A stretch of 64,000 nucleotides of DNA from Macrostomum lignano (Eukaryota): positions 62,001 through 126,000 of the forward strand of contig NIVC01000404.1 of NCBI GenBank assembly GCA_002269645.1, given 5' to 3'. Positions 1 through 11,900 of this stretch are shown piece after piece. Positions within the stretch are counted from its first letter, which is position 1; each line of letters starts with the position of its first letter. The position numbers were made by a program, and so were the translations under genes. The notes under the pieces were generated by a model. The model made no database searches. It saw only the letters and a program-made list of their open reading frames with translations, and was not told where the DNA came from.

Positions 1-176
1 ATCTTACTTGTTAACTTCTATAACAATCGCGCCTATTCTACTTGGCACTCTTGGATTCCGATGTGGGTTTGCACCATATAGACATCCGTGCCATACATGG
101 CTAGCGGAGAGAACTCATTATCTCCGGCGGAGATAGGGCGTTATATTCAGGTCGCACATGCCGTGGATTACATACA

Positions 177-240
177 AAGAATCGCCTGATACTAGGAGAT
201 GAGCCATAGACAGAATCTCCTCTCGTATCAGGCGATTCTT
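177..240. ncRNA. Candidate pre-miRNA-like hairpin
   Basis: Perfect 16-bp inverted repeat AAGAATCGCCTGATAC (177-192) / GTATCAGGCGATTCTT (225-240), extended inward by GGAGAT/ATCTCC around a 14-nt loop. Confidence 0.3.
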
Positions 241-488
241 GTTTATATTGTCAATCAATTTTTGCATTGAGCTTAAATGCTGCAAATACTGTAAGCTAGC
301 CTGATCAGCAGTTAAGAAACTAATTCGAGAACGGCCATAGATGTAAATGATGCGTTCAAGTAGCTGGGTCTGAATTTCTGAACAAAAAAGAACCCAAGCA
401 TAAGTATGTACTTACTTTGAGTAGTCCATGGTTTGCCACCCATGTAACGTAAGTTTGATACTCTCGTATGTAGGCATATTGATCTAAC

Positions 489-735
489 TTGCTGTCTGGG
501 GATGCTTGCTGTCTGGGGGGATGCTTTCTGTCTGGGGGATGCTTGCTGTCTGGGGGGGATGCTTTCAGTCTGGGAGATGCTTGGTATCTTGAGGGTGCTT
601 GCTGTCTGGGGGGATGCTTTCTGTCTGGGGGATGCTTGCTGTCTGGGGGATGCTTGCTGTCTGGGGGATGCTTGCTGTCTGGGGGATGCTTGGTATCTTG
701 GGGGTGCTTGCTGTCTGGTGGGATGTTTGCTGTCA
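489..735. repeat. ~18-19 bp minisatellite (GCTGTCTGGGGGATGCTT)
   Basis: About 12 tandem copies; source of the spurious ORFs at 312-824. Confidence 0.9.
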
Positions 736-2026
736 GGGGGATTCTTTCGACTTGGGGAGTGCCTGCTATTACTGTTCCTGTTAGGCAATTGAATGTCAAC
801 ATATTATACAAGCCTAGTATGTAAATTGGTGCTAGCTAGGGTTGGAATGGAGTGGGACATGTACATTATATGTAATAGGGTAAATGTACATTATTATTAC
901 ATGTTATTCAATTACATTCTTAATAAAATTTTTACATTCATTCTTTGCTCCCCAAGGGGTTCAACGGGAAACGGAAGTTATGTTTAAGCTTCCCCCCCCC
1001 CCGAAGGGGGCTACATGGCTAGTATTGATCTAAAGCTCGTATGTCATGACAATTGGCTTGAATCGCCTGGGTCAATAAATATTCACCGCGCCTTGAGCCT
1101 CTCACCCTGGACAGCCGAAATAAATGGGAAGTATTATAAGTATATACACATTAGTTACGCACATTTATTATTGCCAATTAAGCAGAGAATGGTTAAAGAT
1201 CTCTCACTTTTGAAGTCGACATGTCGGTCATTAAGGCTTTTATTCTTTGAGTACAATGTGTACATGCGCCAAGCATAAAAAACCGGCTCGTTCAATCAGC
1301 GAAAGAATTCGATGATTATTACAACGGCGCTTATTACGCTGTGTTGGACGACTGATTTACATGTATGACGTGGCAGCTGCGGCCCGCGCGCCCCCTCGAA
1401 AACTCGAATTCTGATTTGATGAGCCCGAAATGATTATACATGTAGCTCGACTGATTGACTGATCTCTAGACCCCCCAAAACCTATCTTTTATAACCAGAA
1501 GGCGACCAGCTCTCGATCAGACCCCTGGAAACTCGACCGGTGCGATCATATACCACTCAAAAAAACAGGGGGAAAAGCTAAATGTAGCCATGCAAAAGTG
1601 CATCGATCTGGCAGAAAGCATGGCGCCAAAAGTGACAGCTCGGCCCCCATAAATCATAAATCCAGAAGTAAAGTGCATGTACATAGTTGAATAAGCTGTC
1701 AACCTGTCGAAAGTGTAAGGAAAAAGCGTACAAAGGATCAAAATTTACCTGGCACTAATTGGTTTGGCGCCATAACTGTCAGGTACTTCAACAGCGGCCC
1801 AAACAGATTGACCTCTATAGACATAAACATCTCGGAAAAAATTACATGTACATGTACTTAAAATCCTATATAAAAAAGTAGTTACATACTATTTCGATCT
1901 TAATCTGTCTCGCCAAACATCATAAAGTGCGCATTTGATTTATGCAAGTCCTGGGCCTCTCCACTATTTTTTGCGCAACCTCCCTTTATGTTCCTCTTCT
2001 CCAGCAGCCCAAGTGATGACTCTTTA

Positions 2027-2365
2027 GGATGAGTCATCCCGATGACTCATGCTTGTCGCCCACCCCACTCCCCCGCGCACCAGCCCCCTCATTTCAATTG
2101 TTCAAAACATGCGTGTTAAAATTTGAAGACCCCCTATCTCTACATGCTTTTGCCCGCCTGTTACGTATAGATCCATTGTCATAAATCATTTTCTCCGCTG
2201 CGACCCACACCAATTTCTCGTCCAATTGCAGCGCGGCTCGCGGGTGACGTCATCAGGGACAGGGTTGCTTGGTAACGGAGGTCAAGGACAAGTCGCGGCC
2301 TTCATTCAATACCACGCATCACGCTTATGTGATCACGTGAAGAGTGATTCTCAGGGCTATAAATA
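2027..2365 (+). promoter_or_regulatory. Dense Pol II promoter-like motif cluster
   Basis: AP-1 TGAGTCA 2030-2036 and TGACTCA 2043-2049, CRE TGACGTCA 2245-2252, X-box-like GTTGCTTGGTAAC 2264-2276, E-box TCACGTGA 2333-2340, TATAAATA 2358-2365. Confidence 0.45.
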
Positions 2366-4772
2366 GCTGGGTCCGTTTTGGACACTGAGCGGTTTCGTAA
2401 GCTTCTTCTTCAACCTCCTCAGGATCTGTGTACTTGTTTTACTGTTTCCGTCCCGTGTGTTGTTCTATATTTAGTTTGTTTTTTCCGCGAGACCAAGCTT
2501 CCGTGACTACAGCTGTCACCGTGACCATCCGATGACTACCGCGCCAAGCAGCCCTGCCCGTCAGTCGTGTCTATATATGAAGCTATTTTCCTCTTTTGCA
2601 CTGTCCTTGGGCATTGTCAGCCAGGAGAGTGCGCCTGTCTCAGGGCATGGAATATAGAAACTGAGGATCAGAATTCAAATCACCGGGAATGAGCCGAATA
2701 AATCCAAATAATCATAGCAGTAGCAGTATTTCTAAGTACATGTAGGTCCCCGTAAGATGTGCACCATCTAGCAGGAAAGACATTAAAAGACATGTCCGGC
2801 TGGCAAACGTCGCTATCCCGGAGCTTTTACCCATGGTGTTTTCCTGCAGAGGTGACTGGTGGAGGCACCTTCAAACTAACCTGGCCGCTGTTTAGATAAT
2901 GGAATCTTGGCCGCAACGTCAGCGACCGCACTATCCAGAGGCGGATAGAGTTTAGGGGGCGAGGCCTCGCCAGAGCACAGGTGTTCCTCATGCAGCTCAT
3001 ATTATCATGTCATGCGTCGGCGTAACACGTACCCCATGCATTTACCAGCGACGACATCAATCCATCGATGTCTACATGGTTCTTTGTCGTTTGTCGGAAT
3101 GTCCATTAAGTGCAACTGCTCGGCTTAAAAATGCTGATTTTTATCGATTGATAATGTTAAGTTGAGACCAGCGAAAACAGGCCTTCAAATAAATTGTCCA
3201 ATAGAAAGCAAGTGGAACGCCTTGTGGTCCCTAAACTTGTAGTGGTCCTTGCCATGAGCATGTTGATTATATGGACTTGTAGTGACTGGATCATTATCTG
3301 AAATAATTACATAATGACCAATTTTTAATTAAAATACTTAGTTGTTGCAAAACCAAGCCAATAAAAATTCTAAAATTATTGAGCCATTTTTGATAAGCAA
3401 ATTAATAAAGCATTTAAAATAAATGTAGGACTTAAAGGGCAGTTTAATTAAATAGCTACCGTGTTACTTCTATAATTGCGAAATAATTTGAACTTAATGT
3501 AAAAAACGCAAAGTTAAATCATTTATCACAGCATAGCGATATGTAGTTGTCGCAGTAGTGTGTATATTTGGTCTGTCAAACTATATATGTGCACTTGTTC
3601 GTCAAAAATAATCCTGCAGTATAATAACAAATATCAGTAAGTATTTCTGCGAAAAAGTCAGTTCTAAACAACAATAAAGTGCAAAATATGGTTTAGAAGT
3701 TCAACTATAAAAAGTAAACAATAAATAGACGAAGCAGTTCTCTCTGCTTCTTGCATTCATAAAAGAACATTCTGAGTCCAGAACCAAGAACTAGGGTTGC
3801 CAAGTACGAGTATAACTATCTAGCTTCTAAATCAGGTAGTTTGGAGGTAAAGTTTCTATTTTTACGAATTGCAATTTTCTTGAAGGTAGCTAAAATTTCG
3901 AAACATCCTGTGTTATGTTAAGAACACAGTCGCAGTACGGAAGTTTATTTACACCGCTTCTTATTCTTAGATAATTCTGGCTCTGGAAACGCGTCGCGAA
4001 GACCCTCTCGTAACCGTTAGAAAATCGTTAGAACATCTTTGTCTGTTTCTAACTATTGATTACAATTTGTACAAATGAACGGGATAGAACATCAAAAAAC
4101 CTAGCTGGGAAACGGCTAAGTTTCTGATTGGCTGGCTGTGGTCAGAGGGAAAGTTGAATGTACATTTTCCAGTGTACATTGATTTTCCTTCCTCCCCTTC
4201 CACTACCCGCGGAATGCAGCTTTATCGGGTGTTAACTTTCACTACCCCCCCCCAGTGTGGCAGACTCGGGGTTAAATAGTTAGTAAATTTTGCTTTAGAA
4301 TGATACGTACTGTACCTATAAGTGAGAAAGATAAAAAATCATCAAGAAATTGCTGAAGTTCGCGGAAAGTATTTAAGCAAGAAAATTAGTAAAACAGATA
4401 ATACGAGTATGCGAGAGATAATCTGTCAAATTTTTGCTACTTTACAAAATCTTTTTCAAAAATGGTTTTTAGGCTCTTCTTTACCTCGTACTAAGCAGAG
4501 TTCTATGCAGCATTCTACATAAATGCCATTTCATTTGCAAGCGACAGAAGTAATGTTATAACAAATCAAAAAAATTAAGCTTCAAAAGTAGTTCTAATAA
4601 ATTTAACATTATCGCATTGCTTCTCAGGTAGCTGCGAGGATTCTGAAGGACAAAAAGTGCATCCAGTGAGTCCGTATAGGATGATATTTTTTGTCTTAAT
4701 TTCTGAAAACATAGACTTTGCGTCCCTGACCATCCACACTGGGCTAAACGATGCATGTCGTTACATGCAGTC

Positions 4773-6238
4773 TCACAGCAGTTGCGAATAATTCGCTTCG
4801 CATTGCAAAACCCTGTCAATAAAATAGTTGGGATCTCCGATGCTGTCAATCAGATTGGCCGGGACAAACAGCGAGTCTTCTAGTTTGGCCGTCTCATCGG
4901 GTCTACAGTCTCTGGCAGCTTCCCAGTTCGGACCGTCGAACACCTTCACGTTGATGATGTTGTCCTCGTCGTGTAAACGGATATTATCGTCGAACATGAC
5001 GTGCTGATGGTCGCTATCGTTTGGATCGTACCAGAGAAACTTTGCCGCCGTGTAGTGATACTGGTTGGCCTGCCAGTACTCAAAGTCGTCAACAACAGCC
5101 ATTATTCCTGTGCAGCTGTTCCAGTGCTCGTACACGGCCCGTTCGCTCCGCAGTACGCTGCCGTCGCTTTTGAAGTATTTGAATTCGTCTCGACCGATTC
5201 GATCGAACGATTCCGGTTTAAGATTGATGCGAGCCGATAGTTGCTTATCGTATCCGGGATGCAGACCCTGGCGCAGCAGGTCCAGAGCGTTCAGTATGTG
5301 CGGCGCGTCTCTGCCGAACGTGCGAACAACTACGCAGAATTCTCTGCCCGATGCGTCCAGAGCGTGCACCAAATTGAGGAACGACGGCAGCAGGTAGTGA
5401 TAGGCAGACCCGTCGCGTCCAGTCACGGTTAGTCGGTCGTCAATCTTTTTATACGGCCAGCGAAGCTTAGCCAGATTAGCTTCGAATATTGGACGAAATT
5501 TTCGTCCGTGCGGTTGCTCGGTAAAGTTGCCGAGCGTCTCGCGCAGCAACTGCCGGTCCTCGGGCACCCGGACAATGTCCTTCTCGAATAGTTTATAGAG
5601 CGATGTCACTCCCGGCTGCGGCGGGTGGATGGAGATCGTCTCGCTGATGCACCTCCAGTGGCTGTCGCTTTCGGAAACTCCTGTACGAGAGCAGAAAAGT
5701 ACATTTAAGTGAAGTGACCTGATTCGTGCGCGAAAATTTCTCCTGCAATTTACACCAATGAGCGCTCTTAATGGGCCCCTTGTTAATCCTCTTCGAAAGT
5801 TTGCATAGTTCCCATGATCCATATTTTGTTATCATTTGACCAGTCGATTCTGTCCAGTATTTCTTGATCCATCCTTAGCTACTTGACCCATCCTTAGATA
5901 CTTGACCCATCCTTAGCTACTTGACCCATCCTAAGTTTCCATCTGCTTCACGCAGAGCTATACTCACCCCACACCACTCCGGATATATAGGTGTTGAGCG
6001 CCATCTCCACAGTAATCCTTGAGAACAAGTCGGCCACAAAGATGGTATTCCTAGCATCAAAATGCAGCACTAATTTGCGACCTTGGCTAGGAATTTGATG
6101 CAACAATACTGGTTGAGACTGTCTTCTCAAATTCTTCTCAGTCTTCTGCTTTTGCTGCTTCTGTTGCATGTGTCTGTCAGAGAGGCCAGATCTGAATTGA
6201 TCCTCTTCTGCTAACCGCCTTTTATATTCGCTGTACAT
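4773..6238 (-). CDS. Uncharacterised HAD-superfamily-like protein, 2 visible exons; 5' end uncertain
   Basis: Exons 5968-6238(6230) and 4773-5680 join in phase 1 (G|GTGAGT ... TACAG|GA, reading VWG-VSES). Motifs LHFDARNT (motif I-like), VRTFG and FDDN (motif IV-like). A branch point plus acceptor at 6231 suggests a further upstream exon. Confidence 0.65.
5864..5935. repeat. 19-bp intronic repeat (CCATCCTTAGCTACTTGAC) x~4
   Basis: Directly visible tandem copies in the intron 5681-5967. Confidence 0.85.
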
Positions 6239-6750
6239 TCAAAGGCGTTTTTTAAAAAGTAAGTTAGTTAAAATATTTTAAAGCAACATTAATATCTGGA
6301 AATGCGTGTTCCAACACTATGGATAGATAAACTTGTCAGTGCTTGATGAAGCAGATAGTCTCACAGATAAAACTGCATGCACGATGGCATTTGGGATCTT
6401 TCTACTCTGTAGGTCTTATCTTATATCTCTCTTTTTTCAGGGCTATTTTTGTCTGTCTGAAACCCTCCCCACCCACACTCACAAAAAAAACAGCTGTACA
6501 TTCCTGATCTCTTGAGTGCGTCTCTCTCTCTATCTCTCTCTCTTTTTCTCTCTTAATTAGCTGCTGCTCTTCGAAGGGAGCCCAGCAGTTATCAAAGAAA
6601 AGTGTGCAAAATTAATTGCTGTGGTGAGCCTGTGTCTTCTTAGACTGACAGAGGGCTGATACAAACAGCCAAAAATGCGCTTAAACAGTGTACTTACTCT
6701 CTAGCTACCCCCGTACCCCAGAGACAGCGAGCATTCATTTCTAATTCACC

Positions 6751-6764
6751 GTTGCTATGGTAGC
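6751..6764. promoter_or_regulatory. RFX X-box-like element
   Basis: GTTGCTATGGTAGC vs consensus GTTGCCATGGCAAC, about 510 bp upstream of the HAD-like gene's visible first exon. Confidence 0.45.
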
Positions 6765-6888
6765 CAACTTAAACTATAACGATAGATATCTAACACTCTA
6801 GCTATATACGCTGTCCACACCTAGCGAAATTGATCAGGGTAGAGAGTTACAGGCTCAACTTATGTCTACCCTTGTTTGCGTACTGGCA

Positions 6889-7440
6889 CTAATCCCATGC
6901 TTCTCAACTTTTGCTAATCCCATGCTTCTCAACTTGCTAATCCCATGCTTCTCAACTTTTGCTAATCCCATGCTTCTCAACTTGCTAATCCCATGCTTCT
7001 CAACTTGCTAATCCTATGCTTCTCAACTTGCTAATCCCATGCTTCTCAACTTGCTAATCCCATGCTTCTCAACTTGCTAATCCTATGCTTCTCAACTTGC
7101 TAATCCCATGCTTCTCAACTTGCTAATCCTATGCTTCTCAACTTGCTAATCCCATGCTTCTCAACTTGCTAATCCTATGCTTCTCAACTTGCTAATCCTA
7201 TGCTTCTCAACTTGCTAATCCCATGCTTCTCAACTTGCTAATCTCATGCTTCTCAACTTGCTAATACTATGCTTCTCAACTTGCTAATCCCATGCTTCTC
7301 AACTTGCTAATCCCATGCTTCTCAACTTTTGCCAATCCTATGCTTCTCAATAAATCCCATGCTTCTCGTCACACAAATCCCTTGCTTCTCAACACACTGA
7401 TCCCATGCTTCTCAGACCGGTATTCTCATGCTTCTCAACC
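6889..7440. repeat. 23-bp minisatellite (CTAATCCCATGCTTCTCAACTTG)
   Basis: About 20 tandem copies degenerating at the right end. Confidence 0.93.
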
Positions 7441-8284
7441 CAATAATCACCTGATTCTTGACCCACTAATAAAATATCTAAATGATCTTCTAGAATTCAT
7501 AAATGTGGTTTTATTCTAATCAAATATTTTACCTCAATATCAGTGTATTTGATAGCCATAAAGCTAGTCGAAAGTATTATTATACTATAAAAATCGTTAC
7601 AACTACTATTAGTAACAAAAGTTGACAACGAATTTTTTATTTATAACAATTTAGCGACATTTTGAAAATGCTGATACAAAAAATCTACGAGAAGCAGTAT
7701 ATGCTTGCAATTACAACAATATTTAAAATGGAATTTAAGTACTTTTTATACACAATTTGTAAATAATGTGTACCACAGTACATGCACATTGCGGTACTAA
7801 CTTAGTACTAACGGTACTAAGAATCCATCACAATATACTAAATCTCTAATATCGTACTATACTATGCACGTAAAAGTGTATTTGTTAAATCAAAGTGACT
7901 CGATTTTAAAAATAAAATAAAACCGGAAAATACTTGTAATTAAACAAATTTTGTCGTTTCGTTAAAGCCGGAAATCTCATTAAAAACGCACAAGATTTTA
8001 GTTCTGTAACTTTGTCATGAAACTCTTGTCGTTTTCCACTCTTCCCTCCCCTCTCTCGAATTAAATCTTGACAGTCAAATAAATGAAAACACTTAAACTG
8101 GAAATCAAATCGATCACATGATTTTAAACCCACTACTAAACAGCTGCAGGAATTTAAAATTGTATATAGTTAAAGCACATAAACAACCATGCCGCTCATG
8201 TACATGCGGCCCGCGAAGCCCCTCTCGAAGGCCATCGGGTCCTTATAGAGTTTACAATAGCAATCCAGCCTGTTGTTTTTATGT

Positions 8285-8915
8285 CTCTTACGAGCGTATC
8301 CTTTCTTTTCTCTCCCCTCTCTCGTCTCCCCTCCCCTGTCTCCCTTCTCTCCTCTCCCCTCTCTCATTTCCTCTCCCCTCTCCTCTCTTCTCTCTCCCCT
8401 TTCCTCTCTTTTCTCTCCCCTACCCTCTCTCTCCCTCCTCTCTCTCTCTCCCCTCTCCTCTCTCCCCTCCCCCCTCTCCCCTCCCCCTCTCGCCTCTACT
8501 CTCTCCCCTACCGTCTCTCCCTTCTCCTCGCTCCCCTCTCCTCTCTCCCCTCCCCCCTTTCCCCTCTACTCTCTCCCCTCTCTCGCCTGGCCTGTGCCTC
8601 ATCTCTCATCATCTCTCATATAGCCCATCTCTCCCAATTCTTCTCTCCCCTCTCTCCTCTTCCCCTCTCCTCTCGCCTCACTCTTATCTTCTCTGTCTTC
8701 TCTCCCTTTCATCTTTTCTCACCTCTCTCCCTTTTTTCTCTCCTCTTCGCTCTCTCATCTCACCTCCCCTCTCTCCCCTCTCCCTTCTCTTCTCTTCATT
8801 TCTCTCCCCTCGCCCAACTCTCATCTCCTCTGTCTTCACTCCATTTCATCCTTTCTCCCCTCTCTCCCTTCTCTTGTCTCTCTCTCCTCCTATCATCTTT
8901 TTTATCTCTTCTTTG
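8285..8915. repeat. CT-rich low-complexity tract
   Basis: Almost pure pyrimidine tract downstream of the hnRNP stop; gives S/P/L artefact ORFs. Confidence 0.9.
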
Positions 8916-8961
8916 CCGACCAGTGATGTGCAGACAATCGGTTAAAGAGGCTTAAATGAGT

Positions 8962-11900
8962 CTAGTAGTGCCGCTGCTGAGTTCGACGCTGACGCTGACG
9001 AAATCCGCTGCCGCGTTTGCGATGGCTCTGAGCTGACCCCTGCGGCTTCTGCTGCTGCGACTTCTGCGGCAGTCGCGGCGGTGGCGGCGACGGCGGCGGC
9101 GGTGGCGGCGGCGGCGGCGGCGGTGGCAGGATTGGTGATCTCAGCTGAGATCGGTCAATCGACGAGCTGAATACAGGGGCTGTTAAGTCACTGACTGCTG
9201 ATGCAGCTCTCGTTGCTGCCGGTTCTGTGAAATAGTCAGGGATTAAGTCAGTGAAAATTAAGTTTATAAAAAGTTCCTGCATGTATTGGTATACATATAC
9301 AGCTTTAAGTTGTTTAATGAGTATCAGAAATGACGCAAAGTCTTGCTCAAAAACAATAGAGTCGAGAAAAAAATTACACATGAGACATGTAGACCAGGCC
9401 AACGCAAAATCAGACAGACTCAGTAGAGACACAGTAAAGACACAGTAAAGACACCGTAAAGACACAGTGAAGACACAGTGAAGACAAAGTAAATTCACAG
9501 TGAAGACACAGAAAAGACACAGTGAAGACACAGAAAAGACACAGTGAAGACACAGAAAAGACACAGTGAAGACACAGTGAAGACACAGAAAAGACACAGT
9601 GAAGACACAGTGAAGACACAGTAAAGACACAGTGAAGACACAGGAAAGACACAGTGAAGACACAGAAAAGACACAGTGAAGACACAGAAAAGACACAGTG
9701 AAGACACAGAAAAGACACAGTGAAGACACAGAAAAGACACAGTGAAGACACAGAAAAGACACAGTGAAGACACAGTTAAGACACAGAAAAGACACAGTAA
9801 AGGCATAGTAAAGACACAGTAAAGACAGTTGAAACACAGTGAAGACACAGTAAAGCTAATCAATGGCTACTTCAAACACATGCTTTTCAGCTGATGCCGA
9901 AAAGTCATGCCAGATTGGAACCAAGATCCCATAGAAATTAATAATTCCCATTCATACCTGGCTCGAATTGTTAACAAGAAGTTCGATCCGCAGACAGATC
10001 CGACTTTTGTCATCATTCTTTTTTGGTAAAATCTCCCTGACTTCATCTTGTCCCAGCTTCACGTATTCACCTTCCCCACTAGCTTCATCTCCCGCTGTGA
10101 AGCCCCCCACGGCCTCTCCATCTCCCCTAAGGGCTATAGCTAGCAACAAAAATCAATGCCAACCATCGCGCCCAGTATTGCCTTATTACCGTCACCTATT
10201 CGATAGTGTCACATGGAACTCGTCCGTGTGCATTTTTGAGAAAGTAAAAACACGAGATTCTGGATGAGACAAGATGGCTAATGCCATTAGGGATTAGGTT
10301 GGCCTGTTTTGTGATAAATTAACTAATTAAAATTACACTGAAGCTATTTTCATTTCACTTTCAAGCCTGCTCATGCAGGCTCACAATTTCGCAATGTACT
10401 TTTTACTTTGCGCCAATCTGTCAACTCCGCTTCCCCTCCGCTTCCCCTCTGCTTCCCCTCCGCTTCCCCTCCGCTTCCCCTTCTCTTCCCCTCCGCTTCC
10501 CCTCCTCTTCCTCTCCGCTTCCCCTCTGCTTCCCCTCCGCCTCCCCTCCGCTTCCCCTTCTCTTCCCCTCCGCTTCCCCTCCTCTTCCCCTCCGCTTCCC
10601 CTCTGCTTCCCCTCCGCCTCCCCTCCGCTTCCCCTCCGCCTCCCCTCCGCTTCCCCTTCTCTTCCCCTCCGCTTCCCCTCTGCTTTCCCTCCGCTTCCCC
10701 TCCGCTTCCCCTCCGCTTCCCCTCTGCTTCCCCTCCACTTCATCTCCATTTCCCCTCCGCTTCCCCCCTGCTTCCTCTCCACTTCCTCTCTGCTTTATCT
10801 CCGCTTCCCCTCCACTTCCCCCCCCCTACGCTTCCCCTCCGCTTCCCCTCTGCTTCCCCTCCACTCCCCCCCACTTCCCCTCCGCTTCCCCATCCGCTTC
10901 CCCTTCACTTCCCCTCCGCTTCTCCTCTGCTTCCTCTCCGCTTCCCCTCCGCTTCCTCTTCACTTCCTCTCTGCTTTATCTCCGCTTCACCCTGCTTCCC
11001 TATCTCACCTCCATTCCAACCGGCATAAAATCCGACATAATCCGCTGATTGAAACGACTGTCCAGACCATGATTGATAATAACTATACGGCTCATTTTCG
11101 TATCGAATTTCGCTGCTAGATTGGTAATCTAAGTTTGCAATTTGTTGCTGCTGTTGATGGTACAAATTCAAATGGCTGCGGCATTGCTGTGGTTGATACT
11201 GATTGTAGAATCCAGATGCAGCATCGTCTGTATAGTTTGCACAGTCACGGTAGCCAACCAAAGAGATTGCGGCGGCGGCTGAGGCGGCAGGATTGGCCAT
11301 AGACTGTTGTTGCTGTGGCTGCGGATGTCGAGGCTTTGGCTGCACTATTCTCACGTCGCACTGCGGGTGCCATTGATGGGTGGAGCATTAATGTGTAGTT
11401 AGGTGGAGTTTTTGTGCGTGCCTCGTGTGATCCTCAGTTGCGGGGCCATCAGCCTCCCAGATCCTCAGTTGCTGGGTCAGCCTCCCAGATTCTCAGTTGC
11501 TGGGTCAGCCTCCCAGATTCTCAGTTGCTGGGCCAGCCTCCCAGATTTTCAGTTGCTGGGCCAGCCTCCCAGATCTCCAGTTCCTGGGTCAGCCTCCCAG
11601 ATCTCCAGTTCCTGGGTCAGCCTCCCAGATCCTCAGTTGCTGGGCCAGCCTCCCAGATCTCCAGTTCCTGGGCCAGCCTCCCAGATCCTCAGTTGCCTAG
11701 TTCACAATCAGTCGGTTTAGTAAAATAGCAATAAACACAAAAACAGACACGTAAGATAGACAGTATAAATCTGAAAGTCAAAAGTTAAAGTGAACGCTTA
11801 GCAAAGATAAGAGATTATAGAGAAACCTATCAAACATATAAAAAAGTTAATCAAAGTAAGCTTATCAGTACTCGGTGTCACAATTATTGGCGGTGACACT

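Noticed and set aside
101-135. Helitron 3' end (hairpin at 119-135 plus CTAG at 101-104 on the minus strand)
   Set aside because: The following base is not T (no A|T target) and no 5' TC end or captured cargo is evident.
1418-1440. Hammerhead ribozyme-like TGATGAGCCCGAAA
   Set aside because: Lacks the C of CUGAUGA, the closing strand of helix II and the GAAAC core.
3792-3802. hAT-like TIR TAGGGTTGCCA, with GCGGCCCGCG subterminal-like motifs near 1380 and 8205
   Set aside because: No matching opposite TIR or 8-bp TSD found; at most decayed remnants.
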